From a virus, in IMG/VR virus record IMGVR_UViG_3300011116_000922, positions 1 through 64,000 of that record: DNA of 64,000 nt; one strand, given 5' to 3'. The position numbers and the translations under genes are program-made. Shown here piece after piece: positions 28,219 to 37,467 of this stretch (within the stretch, counting starts at the first letter, position 1; each line of letters opens with the position of its first letter). Under the pieces are notes generated by a model. That model did not search any database. It saw only the letters and a list, made by a program, of their open reading frames with translations, and was not told where the DNA came from.

Positions 28219-29090
28219 TGTTCTCCCAGTTCTACAACGGCTCTATCCGCAAGATGGTGGTTGGATTTGGTTCCATATTCAACCAAATCGTTATTTCTCG
28301 CCAAGAGGAAAGCGGCACCAAGTACATTGAAGTGCCTATTGCGTATGCGCCCAAGGAAAAGTACAAGGTTCGTCTAGCAGGAGATCCGTATTTCCAAAAC
28401 CCCATGCAGATTACTCTGCCCCGTCTTGCGTTTGAGATCACGGGGTTTGCGTATGATCCTGCTCGTAAGCGCAACAGTCTGCAAAAGAACATTATCCGAG
28501 ACACAGCATCAACAGGAATCAACTACAGTTATTCCGAGGTTCCGTACAACATTGACTTTGGGCTGTATGTGTACACCCGGAACATGGATGACGGTCTGCA
28601 AATCATTGAGCAGATCCTGCCGTACTTTGCTCCCGAATTCGTCACCAGTATGAATTTCGATGCGGTGAACCGCAAGGTGGATGTGCCCATCTACCTGAAT
28701 TCCGTGACTTCCGAAGAAGACTATGAAGGCGATTTTCAAAATCGTCGTTCCATTATCTTCACGCTGAACTTCACGATGAAGACCTATCTGTTTGGCCCAG
28801 TTCGTTCGTACAACGAGATCCGCAAGATTACTCCCCGTCTACTGAACATGGACTACTACGACAACGGGTACTCTGCCGGATACACGGGCGCAGGCTCCAC
28901 TGCTGCTGATCTGTTCAAGGTGTTTGTGGGCATTTCCGGTCCAAGCGGAGCAAGTTCAGACAAGTACAACTACACTCCGTATGCCAAAGTATACGAGTAT
29001 CAGAGCGGCATAAGTCTCGCGCAGGGCGTGACAGTGAACTGGTTCAGCACTCCGGGTGCAACACAAGGCATGGGATCATTCTATGGCTGA
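28218..29090 (+). CDS. gp15: Tail sheath stabiliser / terminator gp15
   Basis: GFGSIFN, VPIAYAPKEK, LPRLAFE, DGLQIIEQILPYF, YEGDF, F.MKTYLFGP. Confidence 0.95.
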   Translation: MFSQFYNGSIRKMVVGFGSIFNQIVISRQEESGTKYIEVPIAYAPKEKYKVRLAGDPYFQNPMQITLPRLAFEITGFAYDPARKRNSLQKNIIRDTASTGINYSYSEVPYNIDFGLYVYTRNMDDGLQIIEQILPYFAPEFVTSMNFDAVNRKVDVPIYLNSVTSEEDYEGDFQNRRSIIFTLNFTMKTYLFGPVRSYNEIRKITPRLLNMDYYDNGYSAGYTGAGSTAADLFKVFVGISGPSGASSDKYNYTPYAKVYEYQSGISLAQGVTVNWFSTPGATQGMGSFYG

Positions 29091-29583
29091 TGGATTTTCA
29101 CATATTGAGTCTGCGTTGGGGATTGGGACAACAGGCGACAGCGAACCGCAAGCACAAGAACTTGTGCAGCCGCCGCAGCGTATGCCTATTGTGAAGATTC
29201 CCTCTGTGCCTCTCACCGATGAGGGCTTGGCAAAAGACCTGAAGCACGATTACGAAACCGTCCGCAACAATCTGCGCGAACTGGTTGATGCAGGAAAAAA
29301 CGCACTGGACGGTGTTATGGCAGTTGCACAGGAAGGGGATCAGCCCCGTGCCTATGAGGTTGTAGCCCAACTCATCAAGACCCTATCTGAAACCAACCGT
29401 GATCTGCTTGAAATGCATGACCGGGTGAAAAGCATTCGCAAGACCGAAAACAACAACACCACGAACAACACCACAAATAATGCCATCTATGTGGGTTCCA
29501 CCCGTGAACTACAGGATATTATTAATAGTGCCCGATCAACTAAAAAAGCATTCGTTGAGGCACCCACAGAAGACGCTCCATAA
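29083..29583 (+). CDS. gp16: Terminase small subunit gp16
   Basis: DYETVR.NL, PRAYEVVAQLIK, TNNAIYVGST.ELQ; start refined to ATG 29083. Confidence 0.93.
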   Translation: MADGFSHIESALGIGTTGDSEPQAQELVQPPQRMPIVKIPSVPLTDEGLAKDLKHDYETVRNNLRELVDAGKNALDGVMAVAQEGDQPRAYEVVAQLIKTLSETNRDLLEMHDRVKSIRKTENNNTTNNTTNNAIYVGSTRELQDIINSARSTKKAFVEAPTEDAP

Positions 29584-29603
29584 ATACAAGATGGAGGTGA
29601 CCT

Positions 29604-29960
29604 GTGTATACAGCATTTGCAATATATTGGACGGCATTTGCCTTGTGGATTGGATTCAAGACTTCTGCCGTGTACGAATACCTTCGGATTCTGCCGTTCT
29701 GTGAATGGCTCACCCACACGAAGGAGTACAGCCAATTCCGAAAGAGTGATCCTGATCTCCGCTACGGCGACTTTATGTCCGTGCGGCACAGTTCGTTTAT
29801 TGTTCGGATGTGTTCGTGTCCCTCATGCGTTGGCGTGTGGATGGCATTTGCCGCGTGTTGGGTGTTTGCGTGCTTTCCCCAACTCCCCGCAGTGTACGGT
29901 GGTGGTCTGATCCTGTACTTGCTTTTCAGTTGGCTCATTAAGAGACTTATCAATGCCTGA
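29604..29960 (+). CDS. Small membrane protein with CxCPxC motif (DUF1360-like)
   Basis: GTG start after GGAGGTGA; hydrophobic segments; MCSCPSCVGVW. Confidence 0.65.
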   Translation: MYTAFAIYWTAFALWIGFKTSAVYEYLRILPFCEWLTHTKEYSQFRKSDPDLRYGDFMSVRHSSFIVRMCSCPSCVGVWMAFAACWVFACFPQLPAVYGGGLILYLLFSWLIKRLINA

Positions 29961-30270
29961 ATACACTTTTGAATCTCCTGTTGAACTGCTGCGCCACCTG
30001 TATGCGGGTGAAGATTCGCCCACAGGAATATGCCGCGCACCAAGCACTCTGTTTGGGTGGTATAGCCGCGCAAAAAAGGTATACGATTCTTCTCTGTGTG
30101 AACCGTGCAAACAGGGCATTACCCGTGAGGATATGGAACGGGAATATGCGGCTATATTGCAGTACACACCGGAAGAGCAGACCAATGCGGTGCTTGCTGT
30201 TGGCGGAAACTTTATATTGAAACTGAATGGTGTGGTTCTAGGAAAGGTGGAATGGCGTGAACAAGAGTGA
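29953..30270 (+). CDS. Hypothetical Cys-containing protein
   Basis: Overlaps both neighbours; LCEPCK motif. Confidence 0.65.
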   Translation: MPEYTFESPVELLRHLYAGEDSPTGICRAPSTLFGWYSRAKKVYDSSLCEPCKQGITREDMEREYAAILQYTPEEQTNAVLAVGGNFILKLNGVVLGKVEWREQE

Positions 30271-31903
30271 AAAGTATTTGGGCAACTCCAACCTGAAAGC
30301 CGCAGGAGTCAATGTCAACTTCTCGGAAAAGCAGATTGCGGAGTATGTGAAATGCTCCCAAGACCCGCTGTATTTCATCAAGAACTATGTAAAGATCGTG
30401 TCGCTTGACAAGGGCTTGGTTCCCTTTGAGCCATACGATTTCCAAGAAGAAATTGTTCGCAAGGTACACAACAACCGTTTCGTGATTGCTAAACTGCCCC
30501 GACAGAGCGGCAAGTCCACCACCGTTGTTGCGTCACTGCTCCACTACATCCTGTTCAATCAGAACATGAGCGTAGCCATCCTTGCCAACAAACTGGCTAC
30601 AGCCCGCGAACTGCTTGGTCGCCTGAAACTGGCTTACGAGTATCTGCCCCTGTGGTTGCAGCAGGGCGTGGTGGAGTGGAACAAGGGATCCATCGTACTG
30701 GAAAACGGTTCCAAGGTGCTTGCTGCGGCAACATCGTCATCCGCTGTGCGCGGTGGATCGTTCAACTGCATCATGTTGGACGAGTTTGCGTATGTACCGC
30801 AGAATGTAGCCGAAGAGTTCTTCTCGTCCGTGTACCCCACCATTACAAGCGGTAAGGAAACCAAGGTAATCATTGTGTCAACGCCCAAGGGCTTGAACAT
30901 GTTTTACCGTCTGTGGGTGAATGCCAACAAGCGACCGGGTGAAGAAGGCAAGAACGAGTATGTACCCATTGAGGTGCATTGGAGCGATGTGCCCGGTCGT
31001 GATGACGAGTGGAAACGGCAAACCATTTCCAACACCAGTGAAGAGCAGTTCCGAACTGAATTCGAATGCGAATTCTTGGGTTCAGTACATACCCTTGTGC
31101 ATCCCGAAAAACTCAAGTGCATGGCATACCGCACTCCCGAGTATTCAAATACAGAAGGCTTGCGGGTGTATGCCCGTCCACTGCCTGACCACAAATATGT
31201 GATTGTGGTGGACACCTCTCGCGGTGTGGGACAGGACTACCATGCGTTTTCGGTGGTTGATGTCACGGGCATTCCGTATCGGGTAGCAGCCACTTTCCGA
31301 AACAACGAATTGGCTCCCATGTTGTACCCTAATGCCATCTACCCGGTAGCACGGCAGTACAACAATGCCTTTGTACTGGTTGAGATCAATGATATTGGGC
31401 AGCAAGTAGCAGACATCCTGCACGATGACTTGGAATACGACAATATCATCTATGTGCAGATGCAGGGGCGCAAGGGACAGGTGGTGAACGGTGGATTCGG
31501 CAAGGGCGGCTCGGCAATGAAGGGGGTAAAAACCTCCACTGCTGTGAAGCGTATTGGGTGTGCGATTCTCAAAAATTTGTTGGAAGACACCAAACTGATT
31601 GTTGAAGACTTTAATGTGGTGGACGAGTTGTGTACTTTTGTTGCCCGCGGTGACTCGTTTGAAGCAGAAGAAAACCACAATGATGATTTGGTAATGACTC
31701 TTGTCCTGTTTTCGTGGCTTACCACCCAAGCGTACTTCAAGGACATCACCGGAAGCGATATTCGGCGGGATCTGTATGAAGACCAAATGAAAAATTTGGA
31801 AGAAGAAATGACCCCTTTTGGCTTTGTGGATGACGGTCAGGACTCTCAAATGTACACCGACAACAGCGGAACGGCATGGAATTGGGGCGAGGATCCAATG
31901 TGA
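30257..31903 (+). CDS. gp17: Terminase large subunit gp17
   Basis: YLGN.NLK, Walker A PRQSGKST, LDEFA, VSTPKG.N.FY, nuclease VDTSRG and HNDDLVM. Confidence 0.97.
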   Translation: MNKSEKYLGNSNLKAAGVNVNFSEKQIAEYVKCSQDPLYFIKNYVKIVSLDKGLVPFEPYDFQEEIVRKVHNNRFVIAKLPRQSGKSTTVVASLLHYILFNQNMSVAILANKLATARELLGRLKLAYEYLPLWLQQGVVEWNKGSIVLENGSKVLAAATSSSAVRGGSFNCIMLDEFAYVPQNVAEEFFSSVYPTITSGKETKVIIVSTPKGLNMFYRLWVNANKRPGEEGKNEYVPIEVHWSDVPGRDDEWKRQTISNTSEEQFRTEFECEFLGSVHTLVHPEKLKCMAYRTPEYSNTEGLRVYARPLPDHKYVIVVDTSRGVGQDYHAFSVVDVTGIPYRVAATFRNNELAPMLYPNAIYPVARQYNNAFVLVEINDIGQQVADILHDDLEYDNIIYVQMQGRKGQVVNGGFGKGGSAMKGVKTSTAVKRIGCAILKNLLEDTKLIVEDFNVVDELCTFVARGDSFEAEENHNDDLVMTLVLFSWLTTQAYFKDITGSDIRRDLYEDQMKNLEEEMTPFGFVDDGQDSQMYTDNSGTAWNWGEDPM

Positions 31904-31995
31904 TAATACTGCTCCACAGAAAAAATCGAAATAATACATACAAGTAGAAGTAACGACACCATACCCCGTGCTTCACAGACGAAGGAGACACCACA

Positions 31996-34029
31996 ATGGG
32001 ATTTAGAGTTAGCCCCGGCGTAAGCATTAAAGAAATCGACCTGACCACAATCGTTCCTGCGGTTGCCACCACCCCCGGCGGTTATGCCGGATATTTTTAT
32101 TGGGGCCCCTGCAACAAGATCATCACGATTGCAAGCGAGACTGAACTTGCCAATACCTTTGGCAAGCCTGACTCCACCAATTATGTGGATTTCTTCACCC
32201 CCGCGAACTTCCTACAGTACGGCAACAGTATGCAGGTTGTGCGTGTTGTTGGTGCTTCTGCTACCAATGCTGCTGCTGCAATCACCGGAACCACTGGCGC
32301 ACTGGACATCAACAACGAAGACGAGTACGATGCGCCTTCGGCTGCTGTAACCAGTGCTGCTGCTGCCAAGACCGTGTTTGCAGCACGCTATCCCGGTGCC
32401 CTCGGCAACAGCCTCAAGGTTGTTGTTGTCAGCGGCGCAGGCATCACCACATACGGTGGCGCAACTCTTGCAAGCCCCCTTTCGTTCGGTGACACCGGAC
32501 TCACATTCTGTGTTGCCAACAACACCCGGCAGTACCACTTTGCGGTGGGAGATGAGATCCGATTTGCAGACGGAACCGCTGTACGGGTTGCCTCTGTTGC
32601 CAAAAACTTGGTTGGAAACACATCAGTGTTTGTTGATGTCCCCGCTGTAAGCAACGAATTCCAAGGCGTTACTTCGGAGAATAACGGATTCATCAAACTT
32701 ACTTTCCAGAACCCCATTCCCGCTGCACAGAACGCAGGCTCAACCTTCCAAGTCAAGAGTGTGTACACCAACTATGTAAACACTGTTGCAACCACCACCA
32801 ACTACGCTGCTACCGTTGGTGGATCCGGTGACATGGTTAGCGTACTGGTGTTTGACTCAGACGGCAAGTGGACAGGCACAAAGGACACACTGATTGAGAA
32901 GTTTGAAGCCGTGTCTCGCGCAACCGATGCCCGCAACACTGATGGCTCGGGCAACTACTATAAGGATGTGATCCGCGAGAAGTCGCAGTACATCTACGCA
33001 CTGCAAGCCAACTTCTCAGACAACAGCGGATACCTTTCCACCAAGACCGATTGGCCCTTGCTGAACAACATCAGCGGTGCCCGTCTTGTCAACGACAACA
33101 TTGTGTCGATGATTCTTGGAAACGGTGCAAACGCAACGCCCACCGATTCGGAGCGTTGGCAGTACGGATGGAGTCAGTTTGCTGATCCCACCGCAATTGA
33201 TGTGTCTCTGCTGCCGCTTGGAAACGCTTCTGCCAACCTAGCCAAACTCGTAATCAATAATGTTTGCGAACAGCGTCTAGACTGCATGGCATTCGCGTCC
33301 CCCGCGTCTTCCGATGTTGTGTCTGCTCTGCCGTACCAAGCCTTGAACAATATCAAGACTTTCCGCGAAAGCACTCTCAACATCAACTCGTCCTACGCTG
33401 TGCTTGACAGCGGTTGGAAGTATCAACTTGATACCTACAACAATGTGGTTCGTACCATGCCACTAAACGCAGACATTGCAGGTCTGGTGGCGCGTACCGA
33501 ATTCACAGACGAGGCTTGGTTCTCGCCCGCAGGCTTCAACCGGGGTCAGATCAAGAACGTGGTCAAGTTGGCATACAACCCAACTTCCGAGGCTCACCGC
33601 AACGAACTGTACACCCGGCAGGTCAACCCTGTCGTGTCGTTCCCCGGTGAGGGCGTAATCCTGTACGGAGACAAGACCGCTCAGAGCAAGCCATCGGCAT
33701 TCGACCGCATTAATGTCCGCCGTCTGTTCATCGTGCTTGAGAAGGCAATCGCAACGGCATCCAAGTTCTTCCTGTTCGAACAGAACGATTCGTTCACCCG
33801 CGCACAGTTCAAGAACCTGATTGTCCCCTTCCTCAAGACCGTACAACAGCGGCGTGGTATCACCGACTTCAAGGTGGTCTGCGACGACACCAACAACACG
33901 GGCGAGGTCATCGACCGCAACGAGTTTGTAGCCGATATCTTCATCAAGCCGACTCGCAGCATCAACTTCATCCAGTTGAACTTTATTGCCACCAAGACAG
34001 GCGTGAATTTCAGCGAAGTTGGCGGCTAA
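31996..34029 (+). CDS. gp18: Tail sheath protein gp18
   Basis: SPGV..KEID, WGP, YPGALGN, DSGWKYQ, WFSPAG.NRG, AFDRINVRRLF, IKPTRSINFI. Confidence 0.97.
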   Translation: MGFRVSPGVSIKEIDLTTIVPAVATTPGGYAGYFYWGPCNKIITIASETELANTFGKPDSTNYVDFFTPANFLQYGNSMQVVRVVGASATNAAAAITGTTGALDINNEDEYDAPSAAVTSAAAAKTVFAARYPGALGNSLKVVVVSGAGITTYGGATLASPLSFGDTGLTFCVANNTRQYHFAVGDEIRFADGTAVRVASVAKNLVGNTSVFVDVPAVSNEFQGVTSENNGFIKLTFQNPIPAAQNAGSTFQVKSVYTNYVNTVATTTNYAATVGGSGDMVSVLVFDSDGKWTGTKDTLIEKFEAVSRATDARNTDGSGNYYKDVIREKSQYIYALQANFSDNSGYLSTKTDWPLLNNISGARLVNDNIVSMILGNGANATPTDSERWQYGWSQFADPTAIDVSLLPLGNASANLAKLVINNVCEQRLDCMAFASPASSDVVSALPYQALNNIKTFRESTLNINSSYAVLDSGWKYQLDTYNNVVRTMPLNADIAGLVARTEFTDEAWFSPAGFNRGQIKNVVKLAYNPTSEAHRNELYTRQVNPVVSFPGEGVILYGDKTAQSKPSAFDRINVRRLFIVLEKAIATASKFFLFEQNDSFTRAQFKNLIVPFLKTVQQRRGITDFKVVCDDTNNTGEVIDRNEFVADIFIKPTRSINFIQLNFIATKTGVNFSEVGG

Positions 34030-34067
34030 TCGTATAGATATTAGGGCTAACAAAAGGAGCAAATAAA

Positions 34068-34682
34068 ATGCCAGTAGATCCAAGCAACAACATTTCAGGA
34101 TTTGTGAATGCCTTTGCAGGCGGTGGTGTACGCACAAACCTGTTCGTGGTCAATGGCACAATTCCGGGATACTCAAATAACCGAGCCATCTCGTTCTTGT
34201 GCAAGGCTGCTCAGATTCCTGCATCATCCCTCGGAACCATTGAAGTTCCATATCGTGGTCGCCGCATCAAACTACCGGGCGACCGTACCTTTCAAGATTG
34301 GTCGCTCACCGTCATCTCCGATGCCAACCTTGCATTGCGTTCGGCATTTGAGAACTGGAGCGCAATCTTCAATTCGCACACCTCCAATGTTGCTCCCCGC
34401 AACTTCATGGAGTTCATGCCTACTTGGTCGGTAACGCAACTCCACCGCGATGGCACCGCTCTCCGTAGTTACAGTTTCGTTGGCTGCTTCCCTGCGGAAG
34501 TGGGAACCATCGACCTGTCCTACGAGAACAACGACTCCATCGCTGAATTCCCGGTGACTCTGAACTATTCGTGGTGGGAGGCTGCTGCGGGTGCTGCTGT
34601 TCCTGCTGTTGGAAGCGGCACAGGTATCAACCTGAACGGGCTTCTACAGAACTTGGGCATCAACATCGGTATTGGCTTCTAA
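34068..34682 (+). CDS. gp19: Tail tube protein gp19
   Basis: GG.R.NLF, FLCKAA.IP, VPYRGR..K.PGDRTF..W, IAEFPVT. Confidence 0.95.
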   Translation: MPVDPSNNISGFVNAFAGGGVRTNLFVVNGTIPGYSNNRAISFLCKAAQIPASSLGTIEVPYRGRRIKLPGDRTFQDWSLTVISDANLALRSAFENWSAIFNSHTSNVAPRNFMEFMPTWSVTQLHRDGTALRSYSFVGCFPAEVGTIDLSYENNDSIAEFPVTLNYSWWEAAAGAAVPAVGSGTGINLNGLLQNLGINIGIGF

Positions 34683-34707
34683 CTCTTTCTGAAAGGGTAT
34701 TTACATT

Positions 34708-36393
34708 ATGGCTATCAACCTGTTTGGTTTTAGTATTGGCAAAAAGGACGGTCGGGAAGGGGCTTCTGCGGAGGAAATCCTCAAGAAGCCCGTTTCCTTT
34801 GTGGCACCTGATTACGATGACGGTGCTACCCCTATTGAGGTTGGTGGTTATTTCGGAGCCTATGTTGACTTTGACGGTTCTGTAAAGTCAGATATCGAAC
34901 TCATCTACAAGTACCGCGAAATGGCACTTCACCCCGAATGTGAAAGTGCCATCGCGGATATTTGCAATGAGAGCATCGTGTACAACGATACCCTTGATGC
35001 CGTAAAGATTGATGTGTCTGCGGTAAAGCAGACGAAAGCCATCAAGGACAAGATTGAAGACGAATTCCATGAAGTTCTGCAACTACTGGAATTTACTCGC
35101 CGTGGATACGAAGTGTTCCGCAAGTGGTATGTGGACAGCCGCATCTACTACCACATCATTATTGATGAAGCCAACAAGAAGAAGGGCATCTTGGAGTTGC
35201 GCCCTATTGATCCCACAAAGATCCGCAAGGTTCGCAAGATCAAGAAGAAGCCCGTCACCAACGCAAACACCGGAATGGGCAAGAGCGCAACTGCTCCCCT
35301 TGGCGTGAATCTTGTTTCCGAAATCGAAGAGTTCTACATCTACAGCGAACAGGATCAGGCTTCGTCCACGCTTACGCTTGACGGACTCAAGATCAGTCCT
35401 GATGCCATCTGCTTTGTCCACAGCGGTCTGTTTGATTCGCGGCGCAAGAAGATTCTTGGATATCTGCACAAAGCAATCAAAGCACTGAACCAGTTGCGAA
35501 TGATTGAAGACGCGGTAGTCATTTACCGTCTAGCCCGTGCGCCTGAACGCCGCATCTTCTATGTGGATGTGGGAAATCTGCCCAAGCAGAAGGCTGAAGA
35601 GTATGTGCGTGGACTCATGCAGCGGTATCGCAACAAACTCATGTACGATCCCGTTACAGGAGAGATGAGCGATCAGCGCAAGCACATGTCCATGCTTGAA
35701 GACTTTTGGATGCCTCGCCGTGAAGGCGGCAAGGGCACGGAAGTCAGCACCCTGCAAGGCGGTCAGAACCTTGGCGAAATGGAAGATGTCAACTACTTCC
35801 AAAAGAAACTGTATCAGTCGCTGAATGTGCCCGCATCACGATTGGAAGCAGCCACGGGGTTCAACCTTGGTCGCGCTTCAGAAATTAGCCGCGATGAAGT
35901 AAAGTTCTTCAAGTTCGTGGAACGCCTCCGCATGAAGTTCTCTGAAGTATTTTTGAATCTGCTAAAGGTTCAACTGGTACTCAAGGGAGTCATCAAGGAG
36001 AACGAGTGGAAGGACATTGAGCCGAAGATTGCCTTCAAGTTCAACATGGATTCCCACTTCAGCGAACTCAAGGAGAGTGAAGTGCTTAAGGATCGTCTAC
36101 AGAGTGCCCGTGATGCTGAAGACTTTGTTGGCAAATATTACTCCCGCGACTTTGTGCGCCGCCATATTTTGAAACAGACAGCGGAAGACATTGAAGAAAT
36201 TGACAATGCCATCAAGGCAGAAATGGCAGAAGGCAAGATCCTGCCGCCCGAAGGGCAGCAAGTCCCGGCTGAACAGATGGGTGCCCCTGCACCGGAGGGA
36301 GCAGCGGCTCCCGAAGACGGTACAGAATCACCTGCCTCCAGTGTAACCATCGGAGAAATCGTCCCGCCCGAAGAAGAAGGACTAAACGACTGA
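34708..36393 (+). CDS. gp20: Portal protein gp20
   Basis: YREMA.HPE, LRMIEDAVVIYR.ARAPERRIFYVDVGNLP, LEDFWMPRREGGKGTE, ISRDEVKF. Confidence 0.97.
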   Translation: MAINLFGFSIGKKDGREGASAEEILKKPVSFVAPDYDDGATPIEVGGYFGAYVDFDGSVKSDIELIYKYREMALHPECESAIADICNESIVYNDTLDAVKIDVSAVKQTKAIKDKIEDEFHEVLQLLEFTRRGYEVFRKWYVDSRIYYHIIIDEANKKKGILELRPIDPTKIRKVRKIKKKPVTNANTGMGKSATAPLGVNLVSEIEEFYIYSEQDQASSTLTLDGLKISPDAICFVHSGLFDSRRKKILGYLHKAIKALNQLRMIEDAVVIYRLARAPERRIFYVDVGNLPKQKAEEYVRGLMQRYRNKLMYDPVTGEMSDQRKHMSMLEDFWMPRREGGKGTEVSTLQGGQNLGEMEDVNYFQKKLYQSLNVPASRLEAATGFNLGRASEISRDEVKFFKFVERLRMKFSEVFLNLLKVQLVLKGVIKENEWKDIEPKIAFKFNMDSHFSELKESEVLKDRLQSARDAEDFVGKYYSRDFVRRHILKQTAEDIEEIDNAIKAEMAEGKILPPEGQQVPAEQMGAPAPEGAAAPEDGTESPASSVTIGEIVPPEEEGLND

Positions 36394-36427
36394 TTCTGCG
36401 GCAATATTCTCGGGAAATATAGGAATA

Positions 36428-36438
36428 CTAAATAAATA
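36428..36438 (+). promoter_or_regulatory. Late promoter-like CTAAATAAATA
   Basis: Intergenic before the prohead core gene, followed by AAGGAG. Confidence 0.7.
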
Positions 36439-36458
36439 AGGTCTGACAAGGAGAACCA

Positions 36459-36791
36459 ATGGACAACAACAAGAAGATTGTAAAAGCCCTGCTAGAGAAG
36501 AACTATGTGGACGCTAAGGAAAGCGTTTTCAAGTCCCTGTACGCCAAGGCTTCCCTCCTGATGGACGAAGAGCGCGTTCAGATTGCTTCTGCTCTGTTTG
36601 GAGAAGCCACGGGCGAAACCGAGGTTGAAGAAACCAACGAAGCCAAGACCGCTCCCGATACTGGCGTTCCCGCAGGTGCAAGCGAGGACAAGTTTACCGC
36701 TGCTCGGGCTACCATCAAGAAGGCAGGCTACAAGGCTAAACTGGGCAAGGGCGTTCCCGCAGGAGCCGTGAAAAAGGCTGGACAGTACTGA
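36459..36791 (+). CDS. Prohead core protein (gp67/gp68 position)
   Basis: Small gene between portal and protease; acidic middle, basic C-terminus. Confidence 0.65.
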   Translation: MDNNKKIVKALLEKNYVDAKESVFKSLYAKASLLMDEERVQIASALFGEATGETEVEETNEAKTAPDTGVPAGASEDKFTAARATIKKAGYKAKLGKGVPAGAVKKAGQY

Positions 36792-37432
36792 TGAAACTAA
36801 TCACCGAAACAGTTCAAGACATCAACATTCTGACCGAAACCAAAGACGGTCAGAAGCACTACTTCATTGAAGGCGTGTTCATGCAGGCTGAAGCGAAGAA
36901 TCGCAACGGTCGCGTGTACCCCATGCCTGTCATGGAGAAGGAACTGAAGCGGTACACCACCGAGTATGTAAAGAGCAACCGCGCTATGGGCGAACTTGGG
37001 CACCCCGAAGGCCCAACCGTGAACCTAGAGCGCGTTTCTCATATCATCAAGGATCTGCGCCTTGAAGGCAACGATGTCTACGGCAAAGCCAAGATTCTTG
37101 ACACCCCATACGGCAAGATTGTTCGCAATCTGATTGACGAGGGCGTGAAACTGGGCGTTTCTTCCCGTGGTATGGGAAGCCTGAAGGAACAGGATGGGGT
37201 CAATGTTGTGCAGGAAGACTTCATGCTTGCAGCAGTGGATGTGGTGGCTGATCCCTCCGCTCCCAATGCATTTGTGAACGGCATCATGGAAGGACGGGAA
37301 TGGATTTGGGACAACGGGGTTCTCAAGCCAGTGGTCATTGAGCAGTACAAGAAGACCATCGAAAACACCTCATCACGCAACCTAGAAGAACAAGCCATTC
37401 GGCTGTTCAAAGACTTCATCTCAAGACTCTGA
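36791..37432 (+). CDS. gp21: Prohead protease gp21
   Basis: MKLITE, NRNGRVYP, GELGHP, LGVSSRGMGSL, DVVADPSAP.AFV.GIME. Confidence 0.97.
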   Translation: MKLITETVQDINILTETKDGQKHYFIEGVFMQAEAKNRNGRVYPMPVMEKELKRYTTEYVKSNRAMGELGHPEGPTVNLERVSHIIKDLRLEGNDVYGKAKILDTPYGKIVRNLIDEGVKLGVSSRGMGSLKEQDGVNVVQEDFMLAAVDVVADPSAPNAFVNGIMEGREWIWDNGVLKPVVIEQYKKTIENTSSRNLEEQAIRLFKDFISRL

Positions 37433-37437
37433 AGCGT

Positions 37438-37444
37438 CTAAATA
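37438..37444 (+). promoter_or_regulatory. Late promoter-like CTAAATA before gp22
   Basis: Intergenic, followed by AAGGAG. Confidence 0.7.
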
Positions 37445-37467
37445 TATTCTAAAGGAGAACTCCAGTC

